64,000 bases of DNA, taken from contig DATAHW010000108.1 of the NCBI GenBank assembly GCA_036262935.1, positions 23,958 through 87,957 on the forward strand, in the 5' to 3' direction. Numbering within the stretch: position 1 is the first letter of the stretch; each line of letters opens with the position of its first letter. Source of the DNA: Gemmatimonadales bacterium. Its GTDB lineage: Bacteria; Gemmatimonadota; Gemmatimonadetes; Gemmatimonadales; GWC2-71-9. The position numbers were made by a program, and so were the translations under genes. Of the stretch, positions 59,269 through 64,000 are shown piece after piece. Under the pieces are notes generated by a model, which saw only the letters and a program-made list of their open reading frames with translations, searched no databases and was not told the origin of the DNA.

Positions 59269-59767
59269 GCGCTCCCCCGGGTCGCGAGACGGTGGCGGCC
59301 AGACTCAGGATCTTCCACTCGCCGCCGATGCGCCGGAGCACCAGGTGCTCGATCCATTCGCCGCTGCGGACGGAGCCGGCCACGGGGAGGAGCCGTCGGG
59401 TGGTGAGCCACACCGCCGCGAGGTCGCCGTCCTGCCGGTAGTCCGAGCGGAGCACCCGGACGTCGAACCGGCCGGAATCGAGCCCGTCCGTCCGCCGCGC
59501 CAGCGCCGCGAGCGCGAGATCCACGGGCACGGCCTGATGGCCGCTGGCGCTGGCGAGGACGAACGGGCCCGAGTAGATCGCGTCGGACCAGAAGAGCGCC
59601 CGGGCGCCGGCCCAATCGTGATCGGAGAGGGTGCGCGCGTAGCGGGAGACGAGCGCCTGGACCGCCTCCTCGTCCTGGCGCGTGCCGGTCGGCGTGTGGT
59701 CCTCGATCCGGCAGCCCGCGGCGAGCAGCAGGCCGAGGCACAGGACGGTGCGGCGGAGACGCGTCAT
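59255..59767 (-). CDS. small lipoprotein, SnoaL/NTF2-like (DUF4440-like)
   Basis: From the ATG at 59767: MTRLRRTVLCLGLLLAAGC (lipobox). AVQALVSRYARTLSDHDWAGARALFWSDA is typical of the NTF2-like fold. 170 aa. Confidence 0.62.
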   Translation of the reverse strand: MTRLRRTVLCLGLLLAAGCRIEDHTPTGTRQDEEAVQALVSRYARTLSDHDWAGARALFWSDAIYSGPFVLASASGHQAVPVDLALAALARRTDGLDSGRFDVRVLRSDYRQDGDLAAVWLTTRRLLPVAGSVRSGEWIEHLVLRRIGGEWKILSLAATVSRPGGAREPR

Positions 59768-59802
59768 CGGGATCCCTGGTGGGGTGCTGAAAGCGTAACG
59801 TA

Positions 59803-62172
59803 TCAACCGCGGAGCAGGAAGCGCACTTCGTGCCGGTCGTGCGACTCGAAGCGCGCGCGAGCCCCGGCTAGCTGCACGTCGTCCACCTCGGTGGCCTCTA
59901 CCTCGACGCCGCGCGCGCCGACGCTCAGCACCAGTCGCGGACCGAACAGGTGCGCCGTCCGGAGCACGAGCGCACCCGGCCGGCGGCGCAGCTCGAGGTC
60001 GAGGAGGGCTCGCCCGACGCGGAGCCGGCGGAGCGCGATGCCGGCCCACCCAGCCGGGAGCAGCGGTGCGATCCCGAGCGCCGCATTCGGCGCATCAGGC
60101 TCGAGGCCCCAGAGCGCGGCCACCGCCTCCAGCAGCGCGGTGCCGGCCCCCGTCCCCGGGAGCGCGCCCGGAGCGCGCCGGAGCGTGGCAGCCGCGGCCT
60201 CGACCACCGCGTGCGATTCGACCGCCGCGGGGTCGGGCCCGGGCACGACCCGCTGCCGGAGCGCAACGAGCCATCCGGCGGGGCTGGCGCCGTTCACCAC
60301 CTCCTCGAGCGCATCGAGCACGCGCTCGCGAGGAACGGCGGCTACATCGTCGCGGGCGGCGAGGTATGCCGCCGCCCGGCGGAACGGCTCACGCTGACGC
60401 CTGAGCGCCTCGAGCTCGCCCGTCCACGCCAGGAACCGCTCGGCCAGCTCGAGAAATGCGATCGTGCTCGCGGGGTCGGCAGCGGAGGAAAGTCCGCCGA
60501 GTGGATCGCAGGCGCCGATCCCGCCGTCGGCGCGCTGGGCCTGGGCCAGGAACTTGAGCAGCTCGCGGGCAGGGTCGCGATTGCCCGCGACGAGCTGGGC
60601 CGCCGCGGCCGCGCACGCGCCGGCCCCGAAGCACCACGCGTCGTCCCCCGCGCCGCGTGGACAGGCGACGAGCAGCGATCGGCCGATCCCCGGCGCGCCG
60701 ATGAGCGCCTCGTCGCCCCGCTGGCGCGCCCACTCGAAGCCGCGCCCGAGCAGCTCGTCAGGCGCCTCGAACGCGGTGCCGTAGCGGGTGAGCTGCGCCG
60801 CCTTGCGGCCGCGCGCCGCCGCCAGCCCCGCGACGCCGTCGCGCGCGAGCACCCGCACCGAGCGCTCGAGCTCGTCCCGATCCGTCCCGGCCATGGCGAC
60901 GATCCGGAGCGGCGGCGTCCCGGTGCACCGCACGCGCACAGTGGGCGCTTGGAGGCGTTCGCCCTGCTCTGCCGACAGGCGCCCGCCGGTGACGGCAAAG
61001 AGCGCCCGCGGCCCCCCGGCCGACTCGACGCGCAGCGCGAGACCGTCGGCCGCCACCGAGAAGATCAGATCTCCGTACGAGCCCTCCGGGTAGGGCCACG
61101 CCCGGCGCAGATCGGCTTCCCACTCGGCCTCCAGCGGGATGCCGGGTTGGCCCCCGATCTCCCACACGGCAACCGGTACGTCGGGTGCCGCCATCCAGCG
61201 CTCGAGCAGCCGGTGACTTCCCAGCGCCAGCCCGCCGGCGATCCCGTCCGCGGCAATGTGTTCAGGCGCGCAGGGAATCGCGCCCCGCACCCGCGCCGCG
61301 TGCATGACGCGGAACGGCGGCGCCCACACCTCCCGGCTCCCCGTCGCGGGTCGTGCGGTGATGAGGAGCCGCCGGCCGGCGTGCGTCCAGGCCGCGGCGG
61401 GAGTGAGGTCGAGCGCGGGCATCGAGCCGGGCGGCCACGCGTCGGCGGGCGCGGCCGGAAGCGGATCACCGCTCGCCGTGCGGAGCGCCCGCTTCCCCGG
61501 CGGCGGCCAGAGCGCCGCCGGGCCGCGGGCGCGATACGGCACCGCCTCACCGACCAGCGCGTTCGCGAGCATGACCTCGCCCCCGCCTGGTGAGTCAGTC
61601 GGTCCGGCGTACAGGAGCGACGGATGCAACGCCAGGCACAGCACCCCGCCCGCGCCGACGGCGTACTCCCATGCGAGGATGCGACCCGGTTGCAGCGTCA
61701 GCCCGCTGCGCTCGACGGCCACCACGCCGCCGTCGAGCGGCCGCGTGCCGTCGTAACAGCACAGGACTTCGGCCGCGGGCGGGCCGAGCACGGCCCCGCC
61801 GCGAAGTCCCGCGAACAGGGGATGCGCGCCGAAGCCGGCCAGACCGAAGTCCGCCGGCGGCGGCTGCCCGAGCTCGATTGTCGTGGGGGGTGCGCGCTCG
61901 AGGCCCAGCACGGTCGGCGCCACGGCGGCGGCCCCCGTCGCCAGCAGGCGCCCACCGGCCTCGAGCCAGGCGAGCAGCCGCGCGTCCGACTCGACGCTGC
62001 CACGCATCCACAGCACGTCCGTGTCGTCGAGCGGCACGTCCTGCACCCGCTCGTGGCGCGAGGCCCGGCCCACCGGGAGCATGTTCAGCCAGCCGAGCAG
62101 CGCGTCGAGCTCCGGCGCACCGCGACCCGGGTCGCCCCCTCGGGGCTCGGCCACCAGCCCCACCCGCCGCAC
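59803..62172 (-). CDS. large uncharacterised protein; the C-terminal half resembles an (alpha/alpha)6 six-hairpin glycosidase / glycogen-debranching (GDE_C)-like fold
   Basis: 789 aa from GTG 62172, 3 nt after the peroxiredoxin stop. High GC3 throughout. The segment ...NRDPARELLKFLAQAQRADGGIG... fits the helical-hairpin pattern of that fold. The N-terminal about 200 aa are possibly class-I amidotransferase-like. Function is not supported beyond fold level. Confidence 0.55.
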   Translation of the reverse strand: MRRVGLVAEPRGGDPGRGAPELDALLGWLNMLPVGRASRHERVQDVPLDDTDVLWMRGSVESDARLLAWLEAGGRLLATGAAAVAPTVLGLERAPPTTIELGQPPPADFGLAGFGAHPLFAGLRGGAVLGPPAAEVLCCYDGTRPLDGGVVAVERSGLTLQPGRILAWEYAVGAGGVLCLALHPSLLYAGPTDSPGGGEVMLANALVGEAVPYRARGPAALWPPPGKRALRTASGDPLPAAPADAWPPGSMPALDLTPAAAWTHAGRRLLITARPATGSREVWAPPFRVMHAARVRGAIPCAPEHIAADGIAGGLALGSHRLLERWMAAPDVPVAVWEIGGQPGIPLEAEWEADLRRAWPYPEGSYGDLIFSVAADGLALRVESAGGPRALFAVTGGRLSAEQGERLQAPTVRVRCTGTPPLRIVAMAGTDRDELERSVRVLARDGVAGLAAARGRKAAQLTRYGTAFEAPDELLGRGFEWARQRGDEALIGAPGIGRSLLVACPRGAGDDAWCFGAGACAAAAAQLVAGNRDPARELLKFLAQAQRADGGIGACDPLGGLSSAADPASTIAFLELAERFLAWTGELEALRRQREPFRRAAAYLAARDDVAAVPRERVLDALEEVVNGASPAGWLVALRQRVVPGPDPAAVESHAVVEAAAATLRRAPGALPGTGAGTALLEAVAALWGLEPDAPNAALGIAPLLPAGWAGIALRRLRVGRALLDLELRRRPGALVLRTAHLFGPRLVLSVGARGVEVEATEVDDVQLAGARARFESHDRHEVRFLLRG

Positions 62173-62174
62173 CG

Positions 62175-62636
62175 CTACTGAAGCGCGCGCAGCTGCTCGA
62201 GGAGCTCCGCGTTTTCCCGGCGCGTACTCGGGGTGGTCTCGGCATACGTCCACCGGACCACGCCGTTCCGGTCGATCAGGACGTACGCCCGGTTGGAGAA
62301 GAACTTGTCTTCCAGCAGCGTCCCGTACCGCCGGCTCACGTCCCGCTTGAAGTCGCTGAGCAAGTCCAGCGTCATCCGCTCCTTGGCCTTGAACTCCTTC
62401 AACGTGGGTACGGAGTCCACGCTGATGGGAAGCACGACCGTGTTGGCGTCCTGGAACTGCGAATAATCATCAGAGAGCGCGCACATCTCGCTGGTGCACG
62501 TCTTGGTAAAGGCGAGCGGGAAGAACGCCAGCAGCACGTTCCGGCCGCGCAACCGGGACAGCGTCACGTCCGTGCCGGCCGTGGATGGCAGCGTGAAGTC
62601 GGGTGCGGGCGAGCCAACGGCGGGGAGCGCGGCCAT
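62175..62636 (-). CDS. peroxiredoxin (AhpC/TSA-redoxin family, Cys-type)
   Basis: From the ATG at 62636: VGSPAPDFTLPSTAGTDVTLSRLRGRNVLLAFFPLAFTKTCTSEMC with an intact peroxidatic Cys. 153 aa. Confidence 0.85.
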   Translation of the reverse strand: MAALPAVGSPAPDFTLPSTAGTDVTLSRLRGRNVLLAFFPLAFTKTCTSEMCALSDDYSQFQDANTVVLPISVDSVPTLKEFKAKERMTLDLLSDFKRDVSRRYGTLLEDKFFSNRAYVLIDRNGVVRWTYAETTPSTRRENAELLEQLRALQ

Positions 62637-62641
62637 GGCGA

Positions 62642-63259
62642 TCAGGCTTTGCCGGCGCGGTCGAAGCGCCGCCCGATGTCGGTCCAGTTGACCACGTTCC
62701 ACCAGGCGGCGACGTAGTCCGGGCGCCGGTTCTGGTATTTGAGGTAGTACGCGTGCTCCCACACGTCGCAGCCCAGGATCGGCTTCTTGCCGCTCATCAG
62801 CGGGGAATCCTGGTTGGGGGTGCTCTCGATGGAGAGGGCGCCGTTCCGATCGGCCACCAGCCAGCCCCACCCGCTCCCGAACCGTCCGCCGCACGCCTTC
62901 GCGAACTGTTCCTGGAACTGCGCGAACCCGCCGAAGCTCTTCGTGATCGCGTCCGCGAGCGCACCGGCGGGCTGTTTGGCGCCGCCGGGGGCCATCATCT
63001 CCCAGAACATCGTGTGGTTCGCGTGACCGCCGCCGTTGTTCCGGACCGCGGTCCGGATGCCCTCGGGCACCGCGTCCAGGTTGCCGACCAGCTCTTCGAC
63101 GGACTTCTTCTGCAGGTCGGGGTGGGACTCGAGGGCGGTGTTCAGGTTGTTCACGTAGGCGGCGTGGTGCTTGTCGTGGTGGATCCGCATGGTCTGCTCG
63201 TCGATGTGCGGCTCCAGCGCGTTGTACGGGTACGGGAGGGGGGGAAGGGTAAACGCCAT
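62642..63259 (-). CDS. Fe/Mn superoxide dismutase
   Basis: From the ATG at 63259: [36 protein letters not shown]...GGGHANH...[18 protein letters not shown] is canonical. 205 aa. The metal type is not resolved. Confidence 0.95.
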   Translation of the reverse strand: MAFTLPPLPYPYNALEPHIDEQTMRIHHDKHHAAYVNNLNTALESHPDLQKKSVEELVGNLDAVPEGIRTAVRNNGGGHANHTMFWEMMAPGGAKQPAGALADAITKSFGGFAQFQEQFAKACGGRFGSGWGWLVADRNGALSIESTPNQDSPLMSGKKPILGCDVWEHAYYLKYQNRRPDYVAAWWNVVNWTDIGRRFDRAGKA

Positions 63260-63321
63260 GACTGACTCCTCAGGCTGAAAGCTGCTGAATTCCGAACGAC
63301 TTACTCGGCTCAAGCGAGCGA

Positions 63322-63350
63322 AATATGGACCGGGCCGGAGAAGGGGTCAA
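63322..63350 (-). promoter_or_regulatory. candidate sigma70-type promoter of the sod-peroxiredoxin operon (TTGACC-17 nt-CATATT)
   Basis: Minus strand reads TTGACC (63350-63345), a 17-nt spacer, then CATATT (63327-63322), about 60 nt upstream of the sod ATG, which has a GAGGAG Shine-Dalgarno. Confidence 0.5.
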
Positions 63351-63392
63351 CGAAGCCATTGCGCTCGTCCCTCGGCTCGTCAGATTCCCGCC

Positions 63393-64000
63393 ATGAGCGA
63401 GAGCCATCCTCCGCTGCGACCGTTGGGGCCGGTGCTGCTGCTGGATCGGTTCGCGCCGCTCCAGGCGAAGCTGATCGCGCTCCTGCGCGGCCTAGCGCCA
63501 GGCGACTGGCAGCGGCCGACGGCCTGCGCGCTCTGGTCGGTGAAGGACATCGTCGCGCACCTGCTGGACGACGACCTCCGCCGGCTCTCGTCCGACCGCG
63601 ATGGCCTGCCGCCCGACAAGGACGGCCCCGGCGACTACGCGTCACTGGTCGCTTGGATCAACCGGATGAACGCGCAATGGGTCGCGGCCGCGCGGCGGCT
63701 GAGCCCACGCGTGCTGGTGGACCTGCTCGAGGTGACGGGTCCAGAGGTGGTCGAGCTGTTCCGCTCACGCGATCCGTTCGCGCCGGCGCACTGGGCCGTC
63801 GCCTGGGCGGGCGAGACGGAGTCGCCGCACTGGTTCGACGTCGGCCGCGACTATACCGAGCGCTGGCTGCACCAGCAGCAGATCCGCGAGGCGGTCGGCG
63901 CGCCGCTGCTCACAGGAGCGGAGTGGCTCGGCCCCGTGCTCGACCTGTTCGTTCGGGCGGTACCGATGGCGTTGCGAGGGGTCATGCGGGCGCCGGGTAC
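63393..64000 (+). CDS. DinB-like / mycothiol-maleylpyruvate-isomerase N-terminal-domain family protein; 3' end lies outside the window
   Basis: Not in the ORF track (no stop in the window). ATG 63393: MSESHPPLRPLGPVLLLDRFAPLQAKLIALLRGLAPGDWQRPTACALWSVKDIVAHLLDDDLRRLS...YTERWLHQQQIREA. The pattern is W-S-x-x-D-x-x-x-H-L plus a downstream ERW-H. Confidence 0.72.
   Translation, partial: MSESHPPLRPLGPVLLLDRFAPLQAKLIALLRGLAPGDWQRPTACALWSVKDIVAHLLDDDLRRLSSDRDGLPPDKDGPGDYASLVAWINRMNAQWVAAARRLSPRVLVDLLEVTGPEVVELFRSRDPFAPAHWAVAWAGETESPHWFDVGRDYTERWLHQQQIREAVGAPLLTGAEWLGPVLDLFVRAVPMALRGVMRAPG

Overview
This is 64 kb of a very GC-rich bacterial chromosome. G+C was not computed; third codon positions are almost all G/C. 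The window is almost entirely coding. I support about 68 protein genes and one tRNA, and found no rRNA, CRISPR, transposase, integrase or phage genes. Most of the six-frame track is antisense or out-of-frame noise typical of high-GC DNA. I chose real genes by recognisable protein families, GC3 and start/stop coupling. The track writes M for GTG/TTG starts, and many long ORFs carry spurious N-terminal extensions that I trimmed.

Gene content, left to right:
- UDP-2,3-diacetamido-sugar genes (WbpA/E/D-like), murB, carB, GDP-sugar genes (gmd plus a reductase) and rpmB.
- The alpha ribosomal operon (rpmJ-rpsM-rpsK-rpsD-rpoA-rplQ), pyrF/pyrD, a TPR lipoprotein, a cell-wall amidase, smpB and tRNA-Leu(CAG).
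- A sulfur-carrier cysteine operon (Rrf2 regulator, cysM, a JAMM protease, and a CysO-like domain fused to MoeZ).
- A nucleotidyltransferase-like gene, a metallophosphoesterase, aspartase and a cupin.
- A run of envelope and redox genes from 36 kb down to 24 kb on the minus strand: 2-oxoacid dehydrogenase E1a/E1b/E2, a PHP protein, a Bcp peroxiredoxin with an in-frame TGA, two SDRs, a Cys-rich Rossmann protein, trxB, a glyoxalase-II-like MBL, a zinc-ribbon ORF, GT4, DUF2334 and a flippase-like protein.
- A Tat-type amidase, H+-PPase, and inositol-phosphate synthase with a CDP-alcohol phosphatidyltransferase.
- A NamZ/NagZ cell-wall sugar recycling locus with two SSS permeases, iscA and a BadF-type kinase.
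- An APC permease, a tonB-exbB-exbD-exbD-tonB cluster, and two histidine kinases flanking one OmpR-type regulator.
- A large six-hairpin-glycosidase-like protein, a peroxiredoxin, SOD and a partial DinB-like gene.

The lineage looks Gram-negative; Gemmatimonadota-like is only a guess.

Most noteworthy observations:
1. Five intergenic hairpins have stems made of tandem 7-8 nt units. They use four different unit sequences. A one-armed copy sits in-frame inside carB.
2. A Bcp peroxiredoxin has TGA exactly at the peroxidatic Cys codon, with a GU-loop hairpin about 10 nt downstream. It is a candidate selenoprotein.
3. A CysO-like ubiquitin-fold sulfur carrier ending in GG is fused in front of its own E1-like activator MoeZ, next to a JAMM protease and CysM.
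4. Two genes lack any canonical start codon: the SSS permease directly downstream of one of these hairpins, and the GT4 gene about 95 nt downstream of another.
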